In this document: positions 35,620-45,277 of the stretch, piece by piece
How positions within the stretch are numbered: position 1 is the first letter of the stretch
How the letters are laid out: each line of letters opens with the position of its first letter
IMG/VR virus record: IMGVR_UViG_3300031281_000002
Span: 1-59,451 of that record
Origin: a virus
Taxonomy: Duplodnaviria; Caudoviricetes
DNA: 59,451 nucleotides
Reading direction: 5' to 3' (one strand)
Position numbers and translations under genes: made by a program
The notes under the pieces: generated by a model
Database searches by the model: none
What the model was told of the DNA's origin: nothing
Seen by the model: only the letters and a program-made list of their open reading frames with translations

Positions 35620-36306
35620 ATGACTAATACTGAAATTATAAGTAAACATTCAAATATAAATTTGAATGTAGATAAATCAAAAATTAAAAATACTATTTGC
35701 AAAATATGTGGAAAAGAAAAAGAATCAATAAAAGAAAAGGAGATCATATCTTCTAATTTTACAAATTATGATTTATGTAAATGTAAAGAAAGTTTATTTA
35801 TATGTGTTGATTGTGCGAAATGTATAAAAGATATTGAGCTAAGAAGAAATAATTTTATTGCTGATAAAAATAATTTATATTTATTCAAAAAGAATGATAT
35901 AGAAAAATATATTTTTAATATTGATAGATATATTAAAAATGATTTTGTTGCTGGAGTTACATATACATTTAAAAAACATAATTCATTTAAATGTAATGTT
36001 AATTCTGATTATAATAAATTTTATATACAGCAAGAGGATGATAAAATATTTTTTGATGTCAAAAAAGCTAAAAAAATATATGATATCTTAAATGATGCCT
36101 ATTTATATTTTACAAAGGATGAATTATTAACTGGTGAATATAAAGCAATTTCAGTAATGCAATATGGATTAACTTCATTTGATTTATTAGAAAATATTCT
36201 AAAAGATATTAGAAAAACAAATTTATTTAAATTTTTAATATATATATTAAATTCTGAAAAAAGAAATGAAATATTACAAGAAAGAAGGAAAGTAAATGGA
36301 AGATGA
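35620..36306 (+). CDS. csf1: Type IV CRISPR large subunit Csf1 (Cas8-like)
   Basis: CKIC...SSNFTNYD...ICVDC zinc finger, KKH motif; first gene of the RAMP operon. Confidence 0.65.
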   Translation: MTNTEIISKHSNINLNVDKSKIKNTICKICGKEKESIKEKEIISSNFTNYDLCKCKESLFICVDCAKCIKDIELRRNNFIADKNNLYLFKKNDIEKYIFNIDRYIKNDFVAGVTYTFKKHNSFKCNVNSDYNKFYIQQEDDKIFFDVKKAKKIYDILNDAYLYFTKDELLTGEYKAISVMQYGLTSFDLLENILKDIRKTNLFKFLIYILNSEKRNEILQERRKVNGR

Positions 36307-36676
36307 AAAAATAAAAGATTTAGCAATTATATCATTGGTTGCTGTTTGGGATAAAATTGACTGGGATAAAATAAAACTTGAAAGAGCGTATAAAATATGG
36401 GATGAATTTTCAAACAAAGTAAGAGCATCAGCATTTACTACAAATAAATTTAATATATTCATAAATAAATTATGTAAAAAACTTGATATAGCTGCATTAT
36501 CAGACAGATGCCTTAATGAAATTATCGAAATGGATGATGATATAAAATATAAAATACTTGATTTGATTAGAAATGATTTACATTCAGTAATTTTAGCTAT
36601 GAGACTAAATATTGAGATTAGAAAACAAGAACGTGAAATAAGAAAAAATAAAGAAAGTGAAGTGAATACCATATGA
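36296..36676 (+). CDS. Cas11-like small subunit
   Basis: 126 aa, predicted all-helical; sits between csf1 and csf2. Confidence 0.55.
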   Translation: MEDEKIKDLAIISLVAVWDKIDWDKIKLERAYKIWDEFSNKVRASAFTTNKFNIFINKLCKKLDIAALSDRCLNEIIEMDDDIKYKILDLIRNDLHSVILAMRLNIEIRKQEREIRKNKESEVNTI

Positions 36677-37518
36677 AAATTGATTTAGAATTAAAATTAA
36701 AAAGTCCATTATGCCATTTCGGAGATGAAAGAATGGGAACTATGCAAGTTTTAAGAACTATGAAATTTTTATATGGAGATAAATATATTGATGTACCTGT
36801 ATATTCTGGAAATGCCATGAGAGGTATATTAAGAAGATATGCAATGAAACATTATATAGATATGTTAGAATTGCCTGATGGAATTTCAACAAAATTATTT
36901 TATATGTTATTTTCTGGTGGTGCAATTACATCAGGGTCAAGATATGAAAAAATAGAAGAAAAAAGAGAAATGAGAAAAAAGTGTCCACCACTTGCATTGT
37001 TTGGGACAGCAATTGGAGACCAGATAACAGAAGGTAAATTAAAATGTGGAATATTAAAACCAATATGCAAAGAATTAAATGATTATAATAATACCAAAAG
37101 CGATATATCTATATATGATATGCTTGAAGATATTTTTTATACAAGAAGAGATGATTTGAAAAGTCAAAGCAAAATAAAAGTAAAAAACAAAGAAATAAAA
37201 GTAAAAAAAGATGGGAAAGAAGATAAAAAGAAAGAAAATCCAGTTCAAATGAAATACGAAATTCAAGCTATATCAACAGGAAGTATTTTGGAAGGTAGAA
37301 TTATTATAGAGAATGAAAACGAAATTGAAAAAGCGTGTTTATTTTCTACATTAAATCAGTTAGATAAAATTCCATATATCGGCGGGAAATCAGCGACAGG
37401 ACACGGAGAAATCGAGCTAAATTATAGCAGAGAAGGATTTGATATCTATAATGAATATATTAAAAACAATAAAAATGATATTCTAGAATGGCTAATTAAA
37501 ACAGAAGGAATTTTATAA
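36673..37518 (+). CDS. csf2: Type IV CRISPR backbone RAMP Csf2 (Cas7)
   Basis: LKSPLCH, VPVYSGNAMRGILRR, LFSGG, LALFG, G-rich loop IGGKSATGHG. Confidence 0.85.
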   Translation: MKIDLELKLKSPLCHFGDERMGTMQVLRTMKFLYGDKYIDVPVYSGNAMRGILRRYAMKHYIDMLELPDGISTKLFYMLFSGGAITSGSRYEKIEEKREMRKKCPPLALFGTAIGDQITEGKLKCGILKPICKELNDYNNTKSDISIYDMLEDIFYTRRDDLKSQSKIKVKNKEIKVKKDGKEDKKKENPVQMKYEIQAISTGSILEGRIIIENENEIEKACLFSTLNQLDKIPYIGGKSATGHGEIELNYSREGFDIYNEYIKNNKNDILEWLIKTEGIL

Positions 37519-37519
37519 A

Positions 37520-38248
37520 ATGAATTTTGTTGAAAGAAAAATAAATAATTTTTATAGAATAATTGATAAAGCAATGAATAAATATAAAAAACATTATATT
37601 AGTTGCAGTTGGGGTAAGGATTCAATTTTAGTAGTACATTTGATAATATCAAGATATCCAGACACAACAATAATTTTTATGAATTCTGGATATGCTTTAT
37701 CAGATATATATAAATTTAGGGATTATTATTTGAAAGAATATAGAGTAAAAAATTATATAGAATTAAAATGTCCTCATGATTATGTTGAATTAAATTTAAA
37801 ATATGGGTTACCTTCGATTGACAGAAGTATTTCAGATCATGAAAAAGTTAAAAATATAATAAAAAAAGATGTAATTGATGAATGGGCAATAAAAAATAAT
37901 TATGATTGTTGTTTTTGGGGAATAAGAGCAGATGAAACAGCAGGTAGAAAAAAATTATTAAGAAAATATGGATTGTTATATAGAACTTCTGAAATAGCAA
38001 AATGTTCACCTATTGGATGGTGGGGAAATAATGATGTATGGAATATTATTGATTGTTTAAACATTCCATATTCTAAAATATATGATAAAGAACTTAAACC
38101 ATTTTTTACAAGAGATACAATAAAAAATGGTGGATATTTAACAACAGATAAAGCTAATAAAGGTAGGATAATTTGGTTAAAAAAATTTTATCCTACTGAT
38201 TATGAAAAATTATTTTCGAAATTTATTGAGGTAAAAAAATATGTTTGA
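37520..38248 (+). CDS. CysH-like (PAPS reductase family) protein of the type IV-B module
   Basis: SCSWGKDS, GIRADE..GR, SPIGWW; lacks the CC/CxxC Fe-S motifs. Confidence 0.8.
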   Translation: MNFVERKINNFYRIIDKAMNKYKKHYISCSWGKDSILVVHLIISRYPDTTIIFMNSGYALSDIYKFRDYYLKEYRVKNYIELKCPHDYVELNLKYGLPSIDRSISDHEKVKNIIKKDVIDEWAIKNNYDCCFWGIRADETAGRKKLLRKYGLLYRTSEIAKCSPIGWWGNNDVWNIIDCLNIPYSKIYDKELKPFFTRDTIKNGGYLTTDKANKGRIIWLKKFYPTDYEKLFSKFIEVKKYV

Positions 38249-38930
38249 AAATTGTAAAATAACGTTTAGAATGAGCACTCCAATTGCAATTATGGGGTAT
38301 ATATTTTTAGATGCTTTAATATCGGCAGCATGTGCAAAGGAAATGCTTGGTGACGATTATTATAATGGGTTAATGAATCAAAAAGATTTAAATGGTGGGC
38401 ATGAATTTAATACTGATGATTTACCAATATATTTTAATAAGACATTAAATATTTATCATGCAAGTACTGGATTTGGTGATAATTTAGAATCTGTATGCAG
38501 TTGGTCGAAGAGATGGGATAATAAAAATGATAATATTGTAAAATTTAAAGGAAATACAAAAGGTAGAGTTGATATTGGTGCTGGATATTATAAAAATTAT
38601 CATATGCCAATTATAATTAAATCATATAAAAATATATATTTTTATGCAAATTGTGAAATCAAAAAAGTTGAATATCTTTTAAATAAATATATACATTTTA
38701 TTGGAAAAAAACCATCACAAGGCTATGGAGAAATAAAAGAAATAATTGTTAAGAAAATGAATAACGATTATAGCATATGGGATAAATCAAATAATAATAA
38801 ACATATATTAAGACGACCAATTATGGTTTCATCACAAAAGAATAAATTATCAAATAGGATAGAAAAAATATCTGTACGGCCACCATATTGGAGAACTGAT
38901 TATTTGGAATATTGTTATATGCCAGAATAA
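38241..38930 (+). CDS. csf3: Type IV CRISPR RAMP Csf3 (Cas5-like)
   Basis: TPIA...FLDALI, HAS, IGKKPSQGYGEI G-loop, RRP, RPPYW. Confidence 0.8.
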   Translation: MFENCKITFRMSTPIAIMGYIFLDALISAACAKEMLGDDYYNGLMNQKDLNGGHEFNTDDLPIYFNKTLNIYHASTGFGDNLESVCSWSKRWDNKNDNIVKFKGNTKGRVDIGAGYYKNYHMPIIIKSYKNIYFYANCEIKKVEYLLNKYIHFIGKKPSQGYGEIKEIIVKKMNNDYSIWDKSNNNKHILRRPIMVSSQKNKLSNRIEKISVRPPYWRTDYLEYCYMPE

Positions 38931-39016
38931 ATAAAATTTTAAAAAAGGGATGGATGAAATAGTTAAAATATTAGCATGTTTAGTTGATGATATATACAAT
39001 AAATAAAAAATAGGAG

Positions 39017-40510
39017 TTGAATAAAATGTTTTTAAGCCAAGGTTCATCATTTCCGCCAAGCGGATTTGGATATTGGTATACAAAATATGACGAGTGGGAA
39101 ACTTGGTATAGTGGTGACCCTGAAAATTTATTGAAATTTTATACTATACTAGCCTTAGGTAATGCTACTGCTCAGGAAAAATTCTGGGCAAGGATGGAAG
39201 AAGAAGACAGAGCAGGTATTATCCATATTCCGGTTGCTGGTGATATTGCAATGACTTCAGCTAATTTATTATTCTCTGAATCACCACGATTTAAATATGA
39301 TGATAAGGCAAAGTCAGGAGAAAGAATCAAAACTTTTTTAGATATAAATGGATTTGAAAATATATTATTAGAAGGTGCCGAACTATCAGCTGCATTATCT
39401 GGCTGTGTATTAAAATTAGATATAGAGCCAAAATTAGAAAAAATTCCTATTGTTTCAATTTTAACACCTAAACAATTTATACCTACATTCTGGCGTGGTA
39501 GATTATGGGAAATATTAATGTTTAGAGTTGTAAAGACAACAGATGCGGGAGCAATATATAGATTGTTTGAAAACAGAAAGAGAGAAAATAATGCATTAAT
39601 TATTGAATACAAGCTACATAAGGGAACTGTTGATAAAGTTGGTAAAGAAATTGGATTTGATGAAATAGAAGAGACTGAAAATTTAAATTTAGAGCCAATT
39701 AGGCATAACAATATAGATGGACTTGGATGTGTCTATATTCCAAATATGAGGCCAAATAAATTAATGCCAGGTTCATATCTGGGAATCAATGATTTTTCAT
39801 CGAGTATAACAATGCTTGATTCGCTTGACTTTGCATGGACTAGCTGGATGAGGGATATCGAACTAGGATTAGCACAATTATTAATTGATGAAGAAATACT
39901 CGAGAAACAAAAAAGCACAACAGGTGGAACTGTTCAATTCTTAAATAAATTCAATAAGTTCAGAAAAGCATTTATAAAATTGAATCTTTCATCCTGGAGA
40001 ATGGGAGGAGAAGGTGGAATAAAACCTATAGAACAGGTCCAGTTTAATATTAGAGTTGATGAACATGCAAAAACATGTGAACAACTATTTTATCAAATTG
40101 TAAATCAATGCGGTTATTCTCCACAAACATTTGGATTAGGAATAGAAGGAAGAGCAGAAAGCGGAACGGCATTGAAACTTAGAGAAGGAAAAAGTCAGGG
40201 TACAAGAAATAAAAAAACGAGATATTGGATTCCAGCTGTAAAACAATTATTATTGCAAATGCAAAGGTTAGATAAGGAATCAGGATTAAATAGTTCGTAT
40301 GATGAGCAAAGTGTATCAATTGAGATTGAGGATTCAATTGCGACAGATGAAAAAGAAGTTTCTGAAACAATCAGAAATCTTGATCAAGCAAGGGCAATAT
40401 CTAATTATACAAAAGTAAAATTACAGCATCAGGATTGGTCAGAAGATGATATTATGGCAGAGGTAAAAAGAATAAATGATGAACAGGGGATTACGGGGGA
40501 AATATTATGA
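39017..40510 (+). CDS. Portal protein (SPP1/A118-like)
   Basis: 497 aa; SANLLFSE, YIPN, LDSLD..W.SWMRD, GYSPQTFG, ESGTAL. Confidence 0.85.
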   Translation: MNKMFLSQGSSFPPSGFGYWYTKYDEWETWYSGDPENLLKFYTILALGNATAQEKFWARMEEEDRAGIIHIPVAGDIAMTSANLLFSESPRFKYDDKAKSGERIKTFLDINGFENILLEGAELSAALSGCVLKLDIEPKLEKIPIVSILTPKQFIPTFWRGRLWEILMFRVVKTTDAGAIYRLFENRKRENNALIIEYKLHKGTVDKVGKEIGFDEIEETENLNLEPIRHNNIDGLGCVYIPNMRPNKLMPGSYLGINDFSSSITMLDSLDFAWTSWMRDIELGLAQLLIDEEILEKQKSTTGGTVQFLNKFNKFRKAFIKLNLSSWRMGGEGGIKPIEQVQFNIRVDEHAKTCEQLFYQIVNQCGYSPQTFGLGIEGRAESGTALKLREGKSQGTRNKKTRYWIPAVKQLLLQMQRLDKESGLNSSYDEQSVSIEIEDSIATDEKEVSETIRNLDQARAISNYTKVKLQHQDWSEDDIMAEVKRINDEQGITGEIL

Positions 40511-40758
40511 ATGAAATAATATTTGTAATTGGAATAATAATTTTTATTATAAGTTTATATTTGATAAAATATTTTATAAATTCAAGAAATAAAAAAGATA
40601 TTCAAAAAAACAAAGGAAAAGAATATCAATGTATTATTTGTAATAAAAAATATGTAACAAGCAATCTTGTATCTATGGATAATGGAAAACATCAGTTGTG
40701 CTCTGATAAATGCATCTATAGATATATGACATCTGGGTTTAAAGAAATAGTGAGGTGA
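40507..40758 (+). CDS. TM plus TRASH-like zinc-finger protein
   Basis: CIIC...CSDKC. Confidence 0.5.
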   Translation: MNEIIFVIGIIIFIISLYLIKYFINSRNKKDIQKNKGKEYQCIICNKKYVTSNLVSMDNGKHQLCSDKCIYRYMTSGFKEIVR

Positions 40759-40863
40759 AATATTATGTGGCAATGTGGAAATTGCGGTGCATGGAATGCA
40801 TTTTGGAGAACTAGATGTTTAGAATGTGGAGCTTGGAAATAAAAAGAGAAAGCGAGAAATATA

Positions 40864-41379
40864 ATGAAAAATGATTTTATAAGGTTTAAATGGGAACATG
40901 ATACTGAATATGAATATAGGCATAGTATTCATGTGATAAGTAAAGAATTACATCAAATATTATCAGAATATGCAAATACAGCTAAAAAGATACCTGATTA
41001 TAAAGATATATTAAAAAGATTAGAAAATATAAATACTATTATATTTGACTTAACTGTACCTGGGATTTATGCGAAATCGGATGGATATTTAAGAAATGCT
41101 ATGGAATATTACATCAGAGCTACAAAGATAATGATTGATGAATCAAGTAAAAAAGAAGATGAACAAAATCGAACAATAATAATTAAAGCCGCAAGGCTTA
41201 TTGAAACAGGGACAGCATTTATTACAATTGTTTCAGCTATGAATTTTGAGACGTTTGAAGAGATGCAAAAGGAAATAGATAAAAATGGATCTAATGATAA
41301 AAAAGCTTTTGAATTAGCTGAACTTTTTCATAAAAAATTATTAGAAATGGATAAAAATGATAAATCAAAGAAGTTATGA
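40864..41379 (+). CDS. Hypothetical helical protein
   Basis: 171 aa ORF overlapping the start of the next gene. Confidence 0.55.
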   Translation: MKNDFIRFKWEHDTEYEYRHSIHVISKELHQILSEYANTAKKIPDYKDILKRLENINTIIFDLTVPGIYAKSDGYLRNAMEYYIRATKIMIDESSKKEDEQNRTIIIKAARLIETGTAFITIVSAMNFETFEEMQKEIDKNGSNDKKAFELAELFHKKLLEMDKNDKSKKL

Positions 41380-42544
41380 AGTATTTGGAGCACCTTTATA
41401 TACATCGGCCGAAAATGTTGTATATGAAATGCTTCGAATAATTACAAAACTAAATAAAAGAATTGCAAAAGACCCAGATAATATTGCTAAATATAAAGCT
41501 GATTATGAAAAAGAAATAAATAAAATAGCTGATGAGTTCGAAACTGAGTGGAAAATTTGGGCTGATGAAGACATTGCAAAAGCTTATTTAGCAGGATTAA
41601 AGCAAACACAGAACCAATTAAAAAATGCTGGCAAGTCAACCAACATAACAAACAGCATTTCAAACGGTTCTTTTATGATAAATAACCCACCTCCAATACC
41701 TCCTATACCTCCAATACCTGGACAGGTTTTAGGATGGTTTGGAGGATGGGAAAGCCATACTCAATTTATGGGTGTATTTCGTAATGCTGCATATTATTCA
41801 TTAGAAGGACAGCATTTGCAAATATTAAGAAAAGCTGATGATATATTCAGGCAAACAGCAATAATGGCAGGCGAAGCAAATTACAAAGAAACTGATATTT
41901 TTACAAGGCGAAAATTAAGCCAAACTATGTTAGATGAGTATGTTAAAAAAGGAATACAAACAATAACTTATAAGGATGGCAGAAAGTTTAGCATTGATAC
42001 TTATTGTGAAATGATAGGTAGGACAATGACAGGAAGGGCAGCGATGCAGGCAAGCTTGAATAGATGCTTTGAATCAGGATATGAACTTGTGACAGTGTCT
42101 GCTCATTTTAGGGCATGTGATTTATGTACACCTTATGAGGGAGTTACATTAAGTATTGAACCACATCCAACTTATGAAAGTGTTGATGATGCAGTGACAC
42201 AAGGCTTATTTCACCCATCGTGCGGTCATTCAATAAGTCCATTCTTTGAAGGAATCACAAAAGAAAGTATGCCACGAGTTCATGAAGGAGAACAAAAGTT
42301 AATTGATGAATATGGTTACAAAGAAGCTCAGAAAATGAGTTATATAGCACAGCAAAAACAAAGATATATAGAAAGAAATATAAGGAAATGGAAAAGGCAA
42401 GAAGTTACCGCACTTGATAAGGCTGAAAAAATAAGAGCTAAAAATAAAATAAATGAATGGCAGAAAAAACAAAGGGAACATTTGGACAATAATAGTTATT
42501 TGAGAAGAAAATATGTAAGAGAACAGATCCGTAAGGCACGTTGA
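41357..42544 (+). CDS. Minor capsid / head morphogenesis protein
   Basis: YKDGRK...Y.EM..RT, VSAH..ACDLC.PYEG, GLFHPSCGH, QRYIERNIRKWK. Confidence 0.85.
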   Translation: MINQRSYEVFGAPLYTSAENVVYEMLRIITKLNKRIAKDPDNIAKYKADYEKEINKIADEFETEWKIWADEDIAKAYLAGLKQTQNQLKNAGKSTNITNSISNGSFMINNPPPIPPIPPIPGQVLGWFGGWESHTQFMGVFRNAAYYSLEGQHLQILRKADDIFRQTAIMAGEANYKETDIFTRRKLSQTMLDEYVKKGIQTITYKDGRKFSIDTYCEMIGRTMTGRAAMQASLNRCFESGYELVTVSAHFRACDLCTPYEGVTLSIEPHPTYESVDDAVTQGLFHPSCGHSISPFFEGITKESMPRVHEGEQKLIDEYGYKEAQKMSYIAQQKQRYIERNIRKWKRQEVTALDKAEKIRAKNKINEWQKKQREHLDNNSYLRRKYVREQIRKAR

Positions 42545-43056
42545 AGAAAGGAAATGTAATGAGAAGTAAAGAAGAATTATTAGAAAAATATAAATATAAA
42601 GTTTGTAATAAATGTGGATTGAAACTACCGATTGATAAATATTCCATAATTTTTTATAAAAGCTGTGGATATCGTATACATCACATATGTAAAAAATGTG
42701 ATGTTGAAAGAATGAAAGAATATTATAAAATCAAGAAAAGTAAAGGGTTGAAAAAGTGTTCTAAATGCAATAAATGGAAAGCAATAGTTATGTTTGGAAA
42801 AGCAAAAATGCCATATAGCAAAGATGGGAAAAGTGTCATATGTAAAGAATGTGACGAAGAAAGAAAATTAAAAATATGTATTATATGTAAAAAAGAAAAA
42901 CAATTAAAAGAATTTTATAAAATAAATAATAATGGTGAAATACATTATAAAAATATATGTAAAGATTGTACTAATGAAGAAATAAGGAAGAAAAGAAATG
43001 ACAGGCATTCGGTATACGATTTATTAAAAAAGGAGGGCATTTATAATGCAAAATGA
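42541..43056 (+). CDS. Repeated C4 zinc-finger protein
   Basis: Three K.C..C...K....F...CK.C units; no nuclease motif seen. Confidence 0.6.
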   Translation: MKKGNVMRSKEELLEKYKYKVCNKCGLKLPIDKYSIIFYKSCGYRIHHICKKCDVERMKEYYKIKKSKGLKKCSKCNKWKAIVMFGKAKMPYSKDGKSVICKECDEERKLKICIICKKEKQLKEFYKINNNGEIHYKNICKDCTNEEIRKKRNDRHSVYDLLKKEGIYNAK

Positions 43057-43846
43057 AGAGTATCAAATATCAAATTTAAAAATAAAAGATTTAGAATTTG
43101 ATATTAAAAATTATCAAAGAGAAACTTCTGAAATAAAAATTAAAAATATAGTAAGAAGTTTTGATTGGAAAGCTTTTGGTTTTATATATGTTAATGAAAG
43201 GAGCGAAAATGAATATTGGGTCGTTGATGGACAACATAGAACAGTTGCAGCAGCGAGAAAAGGATATGAAGAAGTACCTTGCATGATATATAAGAATTTA
43301 ACATTGCAAGAAGAAGCTGAATTATTTATTAATTGTCAAGTTAATAGAAATTCAGTAAGGATGTTTGAAAGATATCAAGCATTATTGACAGCAGGCGATA
43401 AAACAACAATTGAAATTCAGAATATATTAGAAAAATATGATATAAAACCAAGTAAATGTGGTTCAAATGAAAACGGAAGAAAAAAAGGATATTTAAATGG
43501 CATAGCAAGCTTATATAAAATATATAATTCAAAAGGTTCTGTTTGGCTAGAGATTGTAATAAGAATTGTTACTTCAATATGGCAATATAATGATAAAACT
43601 TTTGATCCAGATTCATTAACATCAAATATTTTATTGGGCATGCATACGTTTTTATGTAAAGCTTATAATATTGTTGATGAAAAAAGAATAATAAAGAAAA
43701 TGAAAAATGTATCTGCATCAAAATTAAACGCTATAGCTAGAAGAAATATTGCTACATATGGAGATAACAAAGCCTCTAATACAGCAAGAGCTATATTAGA
43801 GGAATATAATAACAGAAATCAAGATAAACTAAAAGTGACATTTTAA
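43046..43846 (+). CDS. ParB/Srx-like N-terminal domain protein
   Basis: YQR, VVDGQHR, EEAELF. Confidence 0.7.
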   Translation: MQNEEYQISNLKIKDLEFDIKNYQRETSEIKIKNIVRSFDWKAFGFIYVNERSENEYWVVDGQHRTVAAARKGYEEVPCMIYKNLTLQEEAELFINCQVNRNSVRMFERYQALLTAGDKTTIEIQNILEKYDIKPSKCGSNENGRKKGYLNGIASLYKIYNSKGSVWLEIVIRIVTSIWQYNDKTFDPDSLTSNILLGMHTFLCKAYNIVDEKRIIKKMKNVSASKLNAIARRNIATYGDNKASNTARAILEEYNNRNQDKLKVTF

Positions 43847-43976
43847 TTTTAATTGATTTCTATAGGAATGCAATAGTTTGAATATCAAAAAACTATTGCA
43901 TTCCTTTAAAATTGCTTAAAGAAAATTTTAAAATAAGAACGACTATAAAATTAATTTATGATATAATATATTAAAA

Positions 43977-44074
43977 TTATATAGATTGCTTTGAACCCTA
44001 CCCAAAGCAATCTATATAAAATAATAAAAGAATCTTATTAATTTTAGGTAGGGACTTAAATTAATAAGATTCTT
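43977..44074 (+). promoter_or_regulatory. Twin hairpins with complementary loops in the antirepressor leader
   Basis: 17-bp stems; loops contain CCCTACC and GGTAGGG. Confidence 0.7.
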
Positions 44075-44087
44075 ATTTTATATAGAG

Positions 44088-44843
44088 GTGATTTTTATGA
44101 AAGAGATGATAAAAGTTAATATGAATAATATAAATAGACCAACTGTATTAGGAAGAGATTTACATAAATTCTTATCAATAAAAACAAGGTATGATATTTG
44201 GTTTGATAGAATGTTAGAATATGGATTTGAACAAGACAAAGATTACTATATTCATGATCAAAAATGTACGCGAATAGGTAAACAAATAAATGAAAAAAGA
44301 ACCATAATTAACCATCAATTAACTTTAAATATGGCTAAAGAAATCGGAATGGTTCAAAGAAATGATACTGGTAAAAAGATAAGAAATTATTTTATAAAAT
44401 GCGAAGACATGCTAAAAGATATAATAAAAAATAAAGAAATTAATAATAATTCTAATGAATGGAAGAAGCTTAGAGCTGAGTCGAAAAGTATTAGATTTGA
44501 AGAAACAAATGAAATACAAAGAATGGTTAAGTATGCTGAAGAAAGTGGATCTGAAAATGCTAATAATTATTACACTCATTTTAGTAAACTGGTTTGGGAT
44601 AATTTATTCTTAATTGAAAAAGGATTTGAAGATATTAAGAATAAAAAAGATATTTGCAATGATAGGCAATTAGCTACAGTAATTCAGGCTGAAAATATTA
44701 TAAGAAAAAGCATAAATGAAGGGCTTAAAAATGAAACTGAATATCATGAAATTTATTATAATACTAGAGATAAAATTAAATTATTAGCGAGTTTGGTAGA
44801 GATAACTAAGATACCTTATTATAGCCAAATTAGCATGATATAA
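44088..44843 (+). CDS. AntA/AntB-type antirepressor
   Basis: GRDLHKFL.IKTRY..WF.RM.EYGF...HQLTLNMAKEIGM.QR...G..IR.YFI.CE. Confidence 0.85.
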   Translation: MIFMKEMIKVNMNNINRPTVLGRDLHKFLSIKTRYDIWFDRMLEYGFEQDKDYYIHDQKCTRIGKQINEKRTIINHQLTLNMAKEIGMVQRNDTGKKIRNYFIKCEDMLKDIIKNKEINNNSNEWKKLRAESKSIRFEETNEIQRMVKYAEESGSENANNYYTHFSKLVWDNLFLIEKGFEDIKNKKDICNDRQLATVIQAENIIRKSINEGLKNETEYHEIYYNTRDKIKLLASLVEITKIPYYSQISMI

Positions 44844-44863
44844 TAAGTTGAAAGGAAAATAAC

Positions 44864-44983
44864 ATGGAACATTTTGAAAATAAAAAAGTATTAATAACTG
44901 GCGGAACTGGAACATTTGGCAATGCTTTTGTAAATATGTTGTTGGAAACACGGGGTTATAAATGGGTGCAATTGGTTCGATAA
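44864..44983 (+). pseudogene. N-terminal fragment of an NDP-sugar 4,6-dehydratase (PseB/CapD-like)
   Basis: MEHFENKKVLITGGTGTFGNAFV, then a stop after 39 aa; AAAGGA RBS. Confidence 0.7.
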
Positions 44984-45050
44984 TAATTATTATAGTTATG
45001 ATTATTGTTATAATTAAAATAATTAAAGATTAGTAAAATGAGGTATTTTA

Positions 45051-45275
45051 ATGGATAAGATTGAAAAAGATATGATACATAATATAGAAGAACTGGCAGA
45101 GCTTCAAAAGGAATTAACAAAGTTTTTGAGAGGTAAATTAAGAAGAGAAAAGTTAATTGAAGAAATTGCAGATGTAGAAATAGCTTTAAAAAATATAAAA
45201 AAATATTTTGATATTAAAGAATTAGAAATGATTAAAATATGGGGGAAAAAGAAAAATAAAATTCACGAGGAATAA
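45051..45275 (+). CDS. MazG-like nucleotide pyrophosphohydrolase
   Basis: IEELAELQKEL.K...LIEEIADV. Confidence 0.7.
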   Translation: MDKIEKDMIHNIEELAELQKELTKFLRGKLRREKLIEEIADVEIALKNIKKYFDIKELEMIKIWGKKKNKIHEE

Positions 45276-45277
45276 AA

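Noticed and set aside
39172-39711. Antisense ORFs within the portal, tape measure, scaffold and other genes
   Set aside because: No RBS or motifs; typical antisense shadows
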